From Marsupella aquatica (Eukaryota > Plantae > Marchantiophyta): a DNA stretch of 64,000 bases. Positions within the stretch are counted from its first letter, which is position 1; every line of letters begins with the position of its first letter. Positions 39,146 through 52,552 of the stretch are shown piece by piece. A program made the translations under genes and the position numbers. The notes beneath the pieces are model-generated. The model did not search any database. It was given only the letters and a program-made list of their open reading frames with translations, and was not told the DNA's origin. Location of the stretch: the NCBI GenBank assembly GCA_973895155.1, contig OZ316891.1:20286169-20350168 (forward strand). The letters run 5' to 3'.

Positions 39146-40742
39146 TCTACTACTGTAGAGTCCACAATCGCATCCACAACGCGTTTCCCTCCATCAGGGT
39201 TTGAAGCTCCTCATGGCTGGAGCAGCACGGAGCAGCACGGAGCTGCCGACACTACTTGTATCATCTCGCTTCACACCTCCGAGCAGTCGGCGCTCATTTG
39301 CTACACCTCATGTCGGCGGGTGCAGAAGTGGGTTCTGAAGAATTGATCGATTGCCCTCGCGATTCGTGGTTTTCTAACGACGCGACTGGTTTTATCTGGG
39401 CTTCTTGACTCGCCTTCCTTGAATGCTGTTGTGGAAGTGTCTCGTGCATTGTTAGTGTAGTTCGTTTTGCCTTTGGAATTCGATCTGGCTGTGGAGGGTG
39501 TGGTGGGTTATGTTTAGCAATTGGATTTGGGTTTAGGGCTTCGTCGCTAGTGTCTTTTCGCTGGATGCGCATGACGAGTCTCTGTGATAGATCGTTTTTG
39601 CTGGTGGCTATGGAGCGAGTCCGGGTTTTCCTCGCCACCGATGGCAGTGTGGTCCTGTTCGAGAAGTTGTGTCTTTCTTCTTTATTCTACAAGGGTGGAC
39701 TTGTTGCGGTTGAGGGTTAGCTATTTGTGGACCTTCAGTCAGACGGTTCTTACTTGTAAATCGGATGTCTCTCTTTTGAATCGTACCTGGCCGGTTGACG
39801 AGCAAGTTGTGGTGGCATCAGGTCTCTGTGCATCAGGTCTCTGTGCATCAGAAGGTAAATCTTGGAAGTGAGGTTGTCCCTCTGTAGATAATAGTGAACG
39901 AACGTCGCTGATGAGCTTAGCGTTAGTGGATCTTGGAGGACAAGGCCCGGCGCAGATCTTGTCCGCCTCCTTGTCCTGCCAGATCCCACTACCGATGCGC
40001 TTCATCACGTGGCTTAAGAACTACCGATGTATATACTTGATGGATCGTGCGACTGAAGCCAACGATTGTGCTCATCAGAGTGGTGCCTCTCTGGACATAA
40101 CTGACGTGCGTTATAGCGTCTGCTTTGTCCAGTCATGTCCCATACCGATTGGCGCACTCGACAGAGTGTACCTGGCTGTGGTCCTCCTGCCTTTTTGGTC
40201 CTGTATGATAAACTGTGGGCCTTTCAACGCCGAGTTCTTTCGATAGGCCCATAGCGTTCGTCACAAGAAGCCAGAGCCTTTCTCATTTGATTTTAGCTTA
40301 GCTCATACGATGCGTTAGATGGCACCTGCCGGGGAGGACGGCCAAGTCACAGTTACGGAGCTTGCATCGTAGTAACGTTCCAACTTGAGGAAGTCATAGA
40401 TGCGGCAGTCGTTTGCGCATAGGAGAGCACTTCCCTTTGGAACTTCTCGTTTGCAACATGGCTGCGACAGTGTGTAATGCTAGCTTCGTAGACTTGACGG
40501 CTGGGCCACCAAGCCAAAACGGTAATGGCTTCCTATGGAGCTGGTTAAACGGTAACCACTCGATGGTAGTCCGAACTGTCTGCATTTTACATGTAGGTTT
40601 TCACCTTTTTCTCCGGGATCGTATCTTCGGACTCAATGCAGTGCTCAAATCTGCTCCAGATTTGAGGGCCGCTATTACCGCATTTCCTGTCGTCACGAGC
40701 GGTATTGTGTGGTAGCTTGAGAACAATACCTTGCAGTTAGAC

Positions 40743-40826
40743 CAGCGAAATGATGAGGAACTATTTCCCTATTGGTTTGATGGCCGGAATGATGGCTAAT
40801 TATTGCTTCAAACTTACTGATCGCTG
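40743..40826 (+). ncRNA. Box C/D snoRNA, copy 1
   Basis: Terminal stem CAGCGA/TCGCTG, box C ATGATGA, D' TTGA, C' ATGATGG, box D CTGA, and two rRNA-antisense elements. Confidence 0.85.
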
Positions 40827-41095
40827 AATCCTCTGTCGTACCCAAGCAAGGATACGTTGTCTTCCTTGTAAAGTGGCCTAGTAAACAACTCTTGATGGTC
40901 GTCTTGTTTCAGTGACCTAGCTCCTAGCTCCTCCTAGCTTGGTCGAGGTCTTTTGGGTCCTTGACATCAAAAGATAGTTGGTTATAGAGGAATTTATCTC
41001 GGAAACTTAGGTACTTGTGTGAACTAACCCTCTTCCAGGAAATATGCTGTGTAAATGTATGTTTGTACACAAGCACGGCATTTATGCAGTAAGAC

Positions 41096-41178
41096 CAGCG
41101 AATGATGAGGAATTATTTCCCTATTGGTTTGACGGCCGGAATGATGGCTATTTATTGCTTCAAACTTACTGATCGCTG
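41096..41178 (+). ncRNA. Box C/D snoRNA, copy 2
   Basis: Near-identical to copy 1 between the stems, while the flanks diverge. Confidence 0.85.
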
Positions 41179-41423
41179 AGTCTCTGTCAAGTATACCCCG
41201 TTGTCTTCCTTGCAAAGTGGACATAATAAATTATGGTGACTTTCCAGGGCCTCCTTGTTCTAGCCTCCTTTTCTCGAGGTCTGTGGTGGTGTTGATATCA
41301 ATTATTGTAGGTTATCTAGCTAAGAACTTGTCTCCGAAACTAAGGTCCTGGGTGGATACGAACCCTCCCCGGAGATTTGTGGATCATTTAGATTTAGTAC
41401 TTGAGAACAACACGATGTAAGAA

Positions 41424-41507
41424 CAGCGAAATGATGAGGAACTATTTCCCTATTGGTTTGATGGCCGGAATGATGGCTATTTATTGCTTCAAACTTACTG
41501 ATCGCTG
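41424..41507 (+). ncRNA. Box C/D snoRNA, copy 3
   Basis: Near-identical to copies 1 and 2. Confidence 0.85.
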
Positions 41508-42209
41508 AGTTCTGTGTCCTACCCAAACAAGGAGACCTTTGTCTTAGTTAAATGGCCTAATAAATTATAGTAACTTCCCAAAGGTCACTGCCCTGGCCAA
41601 TGTTCATTTGTTCATTCCTGCAGGGGGAACTGACTGTAAAATGGCGGCGGAAATATTTTTGAAATTAATTGTGAACTCTGGTGTCGTTCAGAATGAATTT
41701 CAAAAATATTAGAACCTATGACACGATTAAGATAATGGCTTCCACAGAACATTGGCCTAACCTTCACTGGGGTGGAGGATGATAGACAAGGCAAAGAAAC
41801 AACGATGACATTTGGTTTCACAAGCATAAGAAACAACGATGGGCTATGAAAAATACATGCACGTCAGAAATAATGCTAGGCCGGGCTTAGAAATATGCTG
41901 GACATCAAAGGAAAGTTGGACATACAAGATGCTATGCACAGTATAAAAGCAGAATGATATAACAGAATTCCAATTGCGTCTAGCATAATTCTTGACCAGC
42001 ATTCCGAATGTACAACAATGAAATGGTTATGTCTCTCCTGCATAAAATTTCAGGACCGGTCAAATAATCTACAAAAATGAGATGGTATGTAACAAGCAAA
42101 GTATTCACGGACAGAAGATACTACCAGATAAAACTCTATCGAAATATTATGGCGTAACCACACTGCTATCACCGAAGTGAAGTAACCAGCAGCTGGCGGC
42201 CAGAAAGTC

Positions 42210-45200
42210 CTACTTATCTCGGAGAGCAATGAGTTGATCCACAACTTTTGGGTCAGCCAAAGTACTCACGTCACCTAGTTCGTGAATTTCATTAGAAGCT
42301 ATCTTCCGTAATATTCTACGCATGATCTTACCACTCCTTGTCTTGGGCAAACCAGGAGCCCAATGAATCTTGTCAGGGGTCGCAAAAGGACCAATCTGTG
42401 CAAAACAGATATCAAATACTCGTCAGAAAATTGGATTATATCCTTATAAATGAATCTTTTCAGTCACCAACAATTCGACCCATGTTTCAAAAACTCATCC
42501 CCGAGCCTAATCTCGTTGATTCAAAAGGGGATTGTGCAGCAGAAAACTTCCAAGCAAGAAACCCATGGTACTGAACAGGGAACTGTTAAAGATTTTCACC
42601 CATCCCCATTATTACACGAAGATCACCTGAGCTCGAACTGCTGCCACTAAATTCTTCCTAAGTTCATCGCTGTATTCTACGCCTTCTAGAAGGGTAACGA
42701 ATGCGTAGATGCCCTGCCCTTTGACCTTCATAAAAAGCCAACCAATTTTATACCAGCCATGAGATTGCTTACAAATAATGCTCACATTCAGCAAGAGCTA
42801 CCCACATTCATCCGAAAGGGTCTTGTGATAAAAACCTTCCAGCGATCGATGGGTTCTTAAACACACTGCAACTTCTACAAAATGGAAAAGGGATTGAAAT
42901 TCAATTACTGGTGGGATTGGTAGCCCACGTTAGCATCAACTTCTGGTCCATACCTGGTGGTCATATCCGACTACAGCCGCTTCAGCAGCTTTCGGATGTG
43001 AAACAAGAGCCGATTCTACCTCAGCACTGCCAATTCGGTGGCCACTGGTATCCCCACAATCCCTTTTCATCAGCAATTTTGATCACAGTCGACCTAACTC
43101 AGCTTTCACTACTTAGCTTCTTCGTTTGGACCGGGGTTGACTAGCATTACCTCAAAACTAAGAAGAGAAATCAAACACTGAAATTGATACAACCAAACGA
43201 CGAGGGGACACACCTAACATTGATGACATCATCCACTCTTCCCGTCAGCCAGTAGTAGCCATCCTCATCCCTGAAGTAATCATAGTTTCAAAATATGTTG
43301 AGAAGAGAAATCATGTCTGGCGTTCAGATACTTCCGCAATTAAATAAGAGTATTTTAAAAGCTGTTGCTTATTGTCATAGCAGAGCATATCCCACCTGTG
43401 ACAGCCATCGCCACTGAAATAAAATCCTTTGAAAGGTGCAAAGTACGTCGTCTCGTATCTCGAATGGTCCCCATACAGGGTTCTGAAAGCGCCGGGCCAT
43501 GACGCCTTTATGCAAAGATACCCACTGCACACCCCTTCGAGTTCCTTCCCATCTTGGTCAACGATGGCAGGCTGCCATACCAGTTTCACTTGTTTCAGTA
43601 ATGCAGCCATCGAGACTCCCCGTAGAATTGTTACCCATAATAATTCTATGCAAAACTTTGACTGAAAGGAAACTTAATTGCAGAGAATGGGTGTTTCTAT
43701 TCTAGCGAATGCTTACAAAACGTTTTAGAAACAGTCTGCCACACCAGCTAGGAAGGAAAGATTTGAATTACCTGAACTCCAAAAAAAGGAAATGTCGCAG
43801 ATCCTGGCTTTAAAGACCAGGCACCGGGGATTGGTGTGATCTGCAATGCAACAATACTGATGAGACTCCACAAAACTGCTCTAGGAAAGTATCTTGCTAA
43901 CAAATCGTCGAATGAATGCAAGAGGAGTTCACTTCCGGTCGATTGTGAACAATTATCATCAATATTATCTTACCATAAAGCCACCAGTCTCAGTTTGCCA
44001 CCACGTATCGCTGATAGGACAGCGCCCGTCCCCAACTACGTCATGATACCACCTGCACACGTACGCAACTTGTTGTTGCAGGCCACGAGCTGTGTTCTGT
44101 ATAATCATATGGTTGAGGTTCATGAAGAATTGCTTTTTGGGCATCTGACGCTAATCAGCGATCCAGTGCGTAAAGATTCAGAATTTGAAGAACGATTTCT
44201 GCTCTAACTTCAAATACAGCCGACATCCCTTAAATAAGACATATCAGTCTCAAATTAACGAGAGAACAAACGCAAAATCTTTGGAGTTAGCAGTCCCTGA
44301 AGGAAACGACCACGTTTAGGTACAGTAAATGGCTTTTAATTGTGCTTTTGTGCGGACTGATTGAAAACCAGGACATCAATGGGAACTCTGCTGGACGGAG
44401 AGCAAACCTCCATGCACTTGGATTAATGGGCTCTCCGACGCTTCCTAGCACCCGTAAGGACCTCCGCGAATACTTCTTCACAGGCTGGAAAGTCATAAAA
44501 TCATATTAGAAGTTCTTTTTCTTAAGTTGCCATTCTCTGCATGTTCCACGTCACCATCCTACAAGAGAGATTGGTCAACCGTTGTGAAGTTCTGGCATCC
44601 TTATCTAAAGGAATACTTGTTAACAAATTACTTGATATGTCAAGAAATGTTGGGCAGTTCCTACAGTATACACAGAAGTCTGTCTTAAAAAGTTCATTAA
44701 AGTTCATTACTTATCACGGCTTTTGTAAGCTTTCGCGAGTTCTCACTGAGTTTTCTAAGCAGTATAAAGAAGCAAAATCCGCTGATTTAATTTAGACATC
44801 TCGCTCGAGATCCCTTCCACAGCGAGTTCATGCATTTATTCACTAGTGAAAATTTCAAAAGGTTAAATTTCGTAGAGGAAACAGTGCTCGGGAGCAAGAC
44901 CTACCCCGTCTCCAGCTCGCATGAGAGACCTAATTGCTGTTGGAGCAGTATAGAATATGCTAACATTGTACTTGTCTACTATCTCCCAACATCGGCCCTC
45001 GTCCGGGTAAGTTGGTACCTGTTCAGGAACAAACAGGAATTTCCAAACCTTGTCTTAGGCTTCCGCATTCCTATTTGTGCCTACTATCGGTCTTCTTGAA
45101 GTGAAGTCTGAACAGTACGACTAGCATTTCCAGACATGCTTAGGCAGACCATATCGCAATTGTAATTCTTCAGAAAACGACTAAGCCTTTGCAGTAACAA

Positions 45201-48200
45201 GTCAGAGTCATTACCCCTTCAAACACTACTACGGTAGCTCCATTGAGCAGGGGACCGTAAGTGAGGTAACTGTGTCCAGTGATCCATCCACAATCTGCTG
45301 TACACCTACAAAACCATTCATTCCAGCTATCTCAATTAGTTTGATGAGACATTGCAAATAAGATCTATTGATAACTTTAAGAATTACCAAAAACTGACAG
45401 CTTAGCAGAGAACTTTCGATAATGGTTATAATTCTTACCAGAATATGTCACCAGGATGGAAATCAAACGCATATTTGAAAGTGGTGGCAGTCCAAACCAT
45501 ATAACCGCCCGTGGTGTGCAGAACACCCTGACGACCATCGCGCAATCAGTCATCCAAAGTTGATCTTTTACAACAGATCCACATAGGGTTTATACTAAAG
45601 TACTCCACTAAAATATCACACGCCACTCTTAATTGACACCTTTCACACAGCGAGTGCACGAATTTTCCAGGTACCACAATGTAAAGCAACTAGACCTGAA
45701 CTTTCAAAAGCAGGACTATTTGGCTTACCTTGGGCTTGCCTGTACTTCCACTTGTGTAGAGCAAAAATAAAGGGTCTTCAGCATCAACCCACTCAATAGC
45801 ACATTCAATGGACTGGGTCGGCACAACATCCTAAAACAGACAGGGAGCTCGAACGGTTCAAAGACTAAACCCAATTTTCCAGTTGGAGCACAATTATTAG
45901 ACAAGGAGTAACTCCTTCAAAAGCATTGCAAGCAAGGCATACTTCGCTTTCAAGAAACGGCTGGAAGCTTCATTTCCTCTGCAAATCTCTTCAAAACCTA
46001 CCTCGCAACAAGGCATGTTTCATTCTTAAAAACGCCGGGCTTTCATTCTCCACAACACAACCCTTCGAAACTTCTGTAATGAAGGGATAGATGCATGTAG
46101 CAACGATCAAGCCTGCTTTTAAGTTCTCTATCCTATCGTCTGATGCCGTATTTGTACTGACCTGCCACCACACCTCTCTTCCAGCTTGAAAAGCTGTTTC
46201 TTTTCTTGAAATGGCTACATCGTTGGCGTACACTAAAACCGTATCTGGACGAAACAAAAGTAACAGTATTAGACCTGGAAATCAAGCAGGCCCAGAACTG
46301 CTGCTTCCCTGCCAAAAAAACCTTCCCAAGAGTAGAGGTGCCATAGTAAAGAACAAATGCGATGACAGACTTGGCTCATTCCCAGACAAGAGCACTGACA
46401 ACCCTTGGCGGAGGAAGTCGAGGCGAGTTATGCTCCGGTAGTGAGTGTAGGCGGCAATGGCAACGAGATCAGAAACCGCTCAGTTTTCTCCTAGTTCTAA
46501 ACAAGACGTGCAACCTCTTGAGCTTTCCTGGCTCCACATTCGAACACGCAGTCAACTTTAACGTAGTTTCAGATCACGGTGATGATAATTGTCATTTTGA
46601 ATCACAAACCTACCGAAAGATTCGGCCAATTTTTCCGAAGGAATTTTAAGAAAGTGGGTAAGAGAAAGGCTTACCTACAGAAAATCCACTCTTGCTGGCA
46701 ATCTTCAAAGAGTCATCAACGATTCCTTTAAGATATATAGATTTAGCACCTCGCATTACGCCATTGGCTGTCAGTATAACCTTAGGCTTAAAGTCCAGAA
46801 TCCGTTGAGAAAGTGCTTCTGCCGAAAAGCCTGCAAACACAACCTGGGCAGATATTCGAGGCGTCCTAAGTAAAGGAGGATGGAATATGTCACCAACTCT
46901 GCATTACTTTCCCCCCATTCGGAAGAAACAGGCACCTGCAGCAAATTCGACTACTTGCTAACTTACAGTACTTTCCTTGGAATAGAGATCCCCTATCAGC
47001 AGACACCGAGTGCAACTATTCGAAATTACGAATCTACTGATCCACAAGTAATCGTTTTCACGGACCAGAGATTCGTTTACTGGAGCAATAAGTCGCCCAC
47101 ATCAAAATCCAGCAACATACCGAGTGAACCGCCCCAATTCGAGCACACGCCAGCATTGCTACCGGCAACTCCATCAACATAGGCATGTAAATAACAACGG
47201 CATCCCCTTTGCCCACGCCGAGAGAGCGAAGATAATTTGCGACCTGGGCTAGATCAAAAGAGACAACAACACTAAAAGTTAAAAGGCACCCGTGAGCCAT
47301 TACTGTAGTCGAGACAGAATGATACGCTTGACGACAACTCCAAACCAGAAGAATTGCACAGATTAGAACAGAACACGTTAAAACTCAACCGTAAGGTATC
47401 AAATCCAGAAGAGAAACGCTTGACGACAACTCCAAATCATGCGAATGAACATTTGGACCCAGCGCTACAGTCCTCAGAAGGAAAATTCTAGCAACACCAA
47501 GGTGAGTCCATTACCCTGCAAACCTCGTCTTTCAGCTGGCGAAACGTCAACTTGCTATCATATCCTGGTTCGTTTCCCTCCCAAATGAGTGCGACATCAT
47601 CACCCCTGGATTCCACGTGTCTGTCGACCGCATTGTAACAAATATTTGTCTTGCCACCTTTGAACCACTAAAATGAGACCACCATTGAAGCACGTTAGGA
47701 GTTGTCTAGCAGGCCCGGCAGCATCTAGAAAGATTTACAAAGCTCCTCATCGAATCGGTTCAGCACTCGATGACCATGGACGACAAACAATTACTTGTAA
47801 GTCGCAAAAGCAAATGTAGCGAGCCGGAATGTTGAGAACAAGACATTCAACCGAGTTCTTTCTTCTCTGCAGCGGCTTTTAGTCAATCAAAGTCTTGTAG
47901 TTACCTCAACAGCAATGGGGCCCTTGCGAACATCAAAATTCTCCTCGTGGATTTTTCCATCCTTCACGTCCCACTTAGATTTCCAGTAGAATTCGGACGC
48001 AATTTCACCCCAAAAGCTATCAGGGTCCTCGACAGACTTCTTGTACAGCGCATCATACTGCAAAGATCTCGTCGTTCAGTCAATCAGACCAGCACGGTAA
48101 GTAGAGTGATTGATTGACTGTATGACTAGCAAGCATAGAGCACCAACTTTTCTCGAAAAATCTTGATTGTGTTTTCCGGGCACGCAAATTTAGAACTCAG

Positions 48201-49198
48201 AAGACTATCCGACCTTCGCCTATCAAACTACAGTCCATCGGCAATTGCCAATCTCACCGGAGTGGCAAAGCCTATTTCTAAAGTACACAGCAAAACTTCA
48301 GCTCTAAAACGAGGGAGTGTGGGTTCTAATAACGATAAGTGCCATAAACAAGATTCTGACGAGGTTGATCAGGTACCCAAGATCATCATTAAGACAAGAA
48401 ACAAATCAGTTCAAGTCGCTAACAAAACTCCCGGTCAGAAATGCGGACGTCTGTTCAAAAACCATTTAAGACGAATCCACGGCGCATCAGGGAAATCAAG
48501 TACTCGGGCAAAATTCAGATCAAACGCAAAATCCGCAAAGCAGAGCATCAAAATTGAGGAGAAGGAGAAGCAAAATAAACCTTCTGCTTGGAGGCCACTA
48601 GAGCAGTTCTACGAAATTCCTCCGTGGGAGCTACTAAGTCCTCTGCAGAATCAACAGCCTCCCCGCTTTTCGCCACAGCAGCAGCAGCCGAAGCATTATC
48701 CACAGCGTGAACCGAAGCCAGATCCCCGGCCCTGTTGTTCGAACTACCGTTTTCCTCTGACAAAAGCCGTCCTCCGCCACCAAAGACCGAGCCGCTGCCA
48801 GGAGTCGGAGCCATCGAGCCGATCCCGCAGCAACAATCTCGCCCCCGGGCCACCCTGGCCTTATTGCCAATCTCCGTCCTCCAAACCGACACCTCCTGCT
48901 GCCGCTGCTGCAGCAGATCGGGCTGGAGAGCCACCAAAACACGAGCCGCACGAGAACAGCCGTGAAATGACGCCCGAGCAAGAGGCGAAACCTCGCCTAT
49001 GCTGCTCGATCCACTACTCCAAACACTACTACTACTACCACCAAACCCGAATCTGCAGAGGTCACCGGCATTGTCACTCGTCAATGCGGACTGTCGCTGC
49101 TGCCTCGTTTGCTGCTGCGCAATAATGAGAGAGGCAGAGGGGTGAACCTGAGGAGTGAGCACAGCAGCAGCAGCAGCAGCAGCAGAGGCGGACTTCAT
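42210..49198 (-). CDS. ACS: Acetyl-CoA synthetase (acetate-CoA ligase), probably plastid-targeted, many exons
   Basis: [85 protein letters not shown] and [15 protein letters not shown]. The long Ser/Ala/Arg-rich first exon starts MKSASAAA; stop TAG at 42210-42212. Confidence 0.95.
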
Positions 49199-49609
49199 GA
49201 TTGTCGGAAAAGCTGCATGTCCGAGGTACAGAAGCTGGGATGCTGCCAGATGCAGAGGTGTCTGGACCTGATCGGAAGCTGCTGCGGAGATGGTGCTGCG
49301 AGGACTGCAATAGTGCGATTCTCATGACCCACCCCCGGTCTTCAGGCCTCTGGAGCAGTGGAGCGAGCAGTGGAGCAGGTCGTGCATCACTACTCTCTAG
49401 TCTCTACACTGCTGATGAGAGTGCGGTGCTGCTCAAGTCCACACGAGAATTGGTCGTCTCGAGAGTCGAGACTCCAATCTCAGATTTGTCCACATTTGTT
49501 TTGGCTGCAGAACTGATCAAATAACTTATAGCTCGCGTTTGTTGGTGAACAGCTTCTGACACCTGGGACATGTTTGTTTCCAGGTATATGCTAGATGGAC
49601 CCCCAAAAT

Positions 49610-50345
49610 GAAAAGTGTCACCACCTGATGGGACCCCTTAGTGATCCAGGTTCATCTTCAGTCAGGGGATTCTATAGTGATCTACAGTAGGCCCTTAATC
49701 TTAACTTCAGTCATGGGGATTCTATAGTGACTAGCCTGACTACAAGTTCCTTTGAAAGTAAATAGAATTGAAAACAAAACAAAATTGACAACAAAACAAA
49801 ATTGAAAACAAAACAAAATCTACACTCTTTTCCCTTATCTTTGCATACCTATTTTTTGTGCACCTTTTAGATTTGTCTTGTTCGGAGTCATTATATATTT
49901 TGTCCTTATTTTTGAGTTACTGCAAGCCTCTAGACCCTAGCCCTTTAAAGTAGCTTCTTTTTACTATTATATAGTAAGACACATGCTTTGAATAGACCTT
50001 TAGTCATGGGACCCATGAGTGATCTAGGCCGTTAACAGACCTTTAAGTCATGGGACCCCTTGATCTAGGCCCTTAATAGACCTTAAATCATGGGACCCCT
50101 GGGTTGGAGGGGCATGGCTGTGTGGTAGCTCACTCGAGTAGTGACTCATTGGTCTTGGGTTGATATGTTGTGACTGATGTGTGATAGCTCACTTGAGTAG
50201 TGACTCATTGGTCTTGGGTTGAAATGTTGTGACCCACTGCTCCCTTTCTATGGAGTTTCACAAATTTCCCTTTAAAAATTATTAAAAGAAAACATGGGAC
50301 CTCTGAGTGATCCAGGCCATTTATAAACCTTAATGCATTGTACTT
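49610..50345. repeat. Dispersed short repeats, plus a ~55-bp tandem duplication at ~50120-50233
   Basis: Recurring gtcatgggacc..gtgatctaggcc..taatagacctt. tgtgtg.tagctcact.gagtagtgactcattggtcttgggttga.atgttgtgac occurs twice. Confidence 0.65.
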
Positions 50346-52109
50346 AAGACCTTAGAGGTCTCATGATCTGGCCAAGTAACACTTTTTGTTTTGGGGGTCC
50401 ATCAAGCAATACCTCTCTTTGTTTCTCAACTCTTCCTGGTTTCTGGCTTGGGTTCCAAGGCCAACCCGTGGACCAACCAGCCATTTTGGGTGGGCAATGT
50501 TAGCCAAAAGAAAATTGGTGGGCACAAAAACAAGAGAACAAACAACACACACGCCAAGGGGGCTGGAAAATGGGCAAAAGAAGTAAACCAACAAGTCAGG
50601 CCATGAGGTCCCTAAAGAGCCACAAGGTGGGTCTCTAAATCCCAGTCATTCTTCCAGTCTGTTGTTCTGCCTACCATTACTCAAAGAGCTCTGTTGATTC
50701 TAAGTTTCACCACTTGAGTTCAAAAAGCTCATCTTATCAATCATCTTAGTAGACCAGTTTATTTACAAAGACCAACCAGCCATTTTTGTGTAGGCAAATA
50801 GTAGTCAAGAACCAGCATAAACAATGGGCTCGCAAATTTGACAAAATTTCTGCACATTTGACACCATGAAATCTACCCTGGGGGAGGATTTACCAGAAAG
50901 TACTGTAAAAAGTATTATACAACTGACCATTCTTACTAAATACTTACACCAAATACCTTTTTCTGCTAGAGAATTCCTGCCTTCCTTCTAGAGTGAGGTG
51001 CAACCTTGGCAAATTTGTAAACGAGGAAAAAAGGGCTGGGCCAATCGAAGGATGGACGGAGACGTTGTCCTGCCGAGGGGCTGCTTAAAGGCATCACCCA
51101 GTTACCCGCCCAGTTACTACTTTTGGAAGTACAATTCACTTGTGTGATGGACATCCTGAGTAATGTTTTCAAGCACCTTGACCACTATAAATTACTGGCT
51201 CTTGGCAGACTTGTTAATTTATTTGGACAGCTTTCGGATCTATTTTGTAGCTCAAATTTGCGAGCATGTATTACTTAAGAAAGTTTGAGATTTTTTTGAC
51301 ATCTTTTGCTCTATTTCTGATCAGCACAAAGCTGGTCACTTATCAAATAATCAACAGAAACTATTTTCATTTTTATTAAACCACACCTGCCCATATAAAA
51401 GCCTCATTTTTTGAGTTGCAATTGCTCATTCCTGTCCTGTGGTGAATAGTGTACTCACCATAAATGGTGGAGCCAAGCCCATTCCTATGCACTTTATAAT
51501 GAAAAAGCTATGGGTTACTCATAGCTTTTAAAGGTGGAGTTGTGGTTTAAGTACTCCTTAAGTACTTTGGGCATGAGCACACTTACACTTTTATGAAGTA
51601 CATTGCACTTTTGTGAAAAGAGGTGCTTGAGTAGTTTGGGCTTTTACCACTTTTAAGAAGGACATTGCACTTTTGTGAAAGAAAGAAGATGCCCTGAGCA
51701 GTTTGGGCTTGACCACTTGGTAAACTAACTGAAACAGACCATAAGTTAGATGATCAGGAGACCACGTACTTGTCAAAGTTTAGCTGAAACTGTACAAGGT
51801 GCTGCACAAGTCTTTTTCACGTTCTGATCCAGTCCATCCAAGCCTTGGCAGTCCATCCGGGCTTTAATTTTGGCAAAACAAAGTACAATAAATTAAAAAC
51901 AAAAGAGGTCGGAGAGGTTTTGGGGGTTTGCATTTGCTGTCTATTTTCAAGTTTCTTGTGTGCACACCTCTTTTGCTTTTATTCTTGCTTTTATTCCATA
52001 GTACTTTGTTCTACATTTTCTAGTAGATTAGTCCTTTCTCCTTCTCTTAAGACCACCTTTATCCTTATTGCCTTTGGCTCAATGACAAAAACAATTCTTT
52101 AATTTTGAG

Positions 52110-52552
52110 TCCGAGGTGGTGGACTCGCTGCATGCAGCTTGTGGGGTCACTCCGCCTGGTAGGAAACTCTCCAGACTGCTTAGTGCCAAGGGAATTATAG
52201 AGGTACTTAGGATCAGGTGGATTCCTCGGATTGGCAACAGGTTTTTTTCGTTGCCCGGTCTGGAGGAGGTTTGGCTGCAGTCTCATACGCGTTCTTTTTG
52301 TCACTGCTAGGGGTGAAGTTTGGGCTGCCTGTGTGCTAGTGGTTCTGTCTGCTCTGGAGATTGTCGTGTCTGAGGGCGATGCTCATTTAGGTTCGCAGTT
52401 TAGGGTAGGGAGCTCATCTGCGGGTTGTGGCTGCCCATTTTTCCGCTAGGGATCCCTTGACCTTTGTTGTATTGCTTTTTATGGGCTTTTATGAATTCTG
52501 ATGGCCTTTTGGGGTCCACCCCTCCGCGGGGTTCATGCGATTTTTTTTTTTT
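52110..52552 (+). mobile_element. 5'-truncated retroposon insertion with 17-bp target-site duplication
   Basis: aattctttaattttgag at 52093-52109 and 52553-52569; T12 tract at 52541-52552; open frame from the left end to TAG at 52310. Confidence 0.8.

Noticed and set aside
39908-39915. CTGATGAG hammerhead ribozyme core
   Set aside because: No stem II followed by GAAA; the motif is paired within a hairpin.
40743-41507. CRISPR-like array of spaced repeats
   Set aside because: Eukaryotic context, ~84-nt units, ~250-nt partly homologous spacers and C/D boxes indicate snoRNAs.
48163-49125. 320-aa plus-strand ORF
   Set aside because: Antisense shadow of the GC-rich ACS first exon; TTG start and no recognisable domain.
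50108-50250. tRNA-derived SINE
   Set aside because: A and B boxes are too degenerate; kept only as a tandem duplication.
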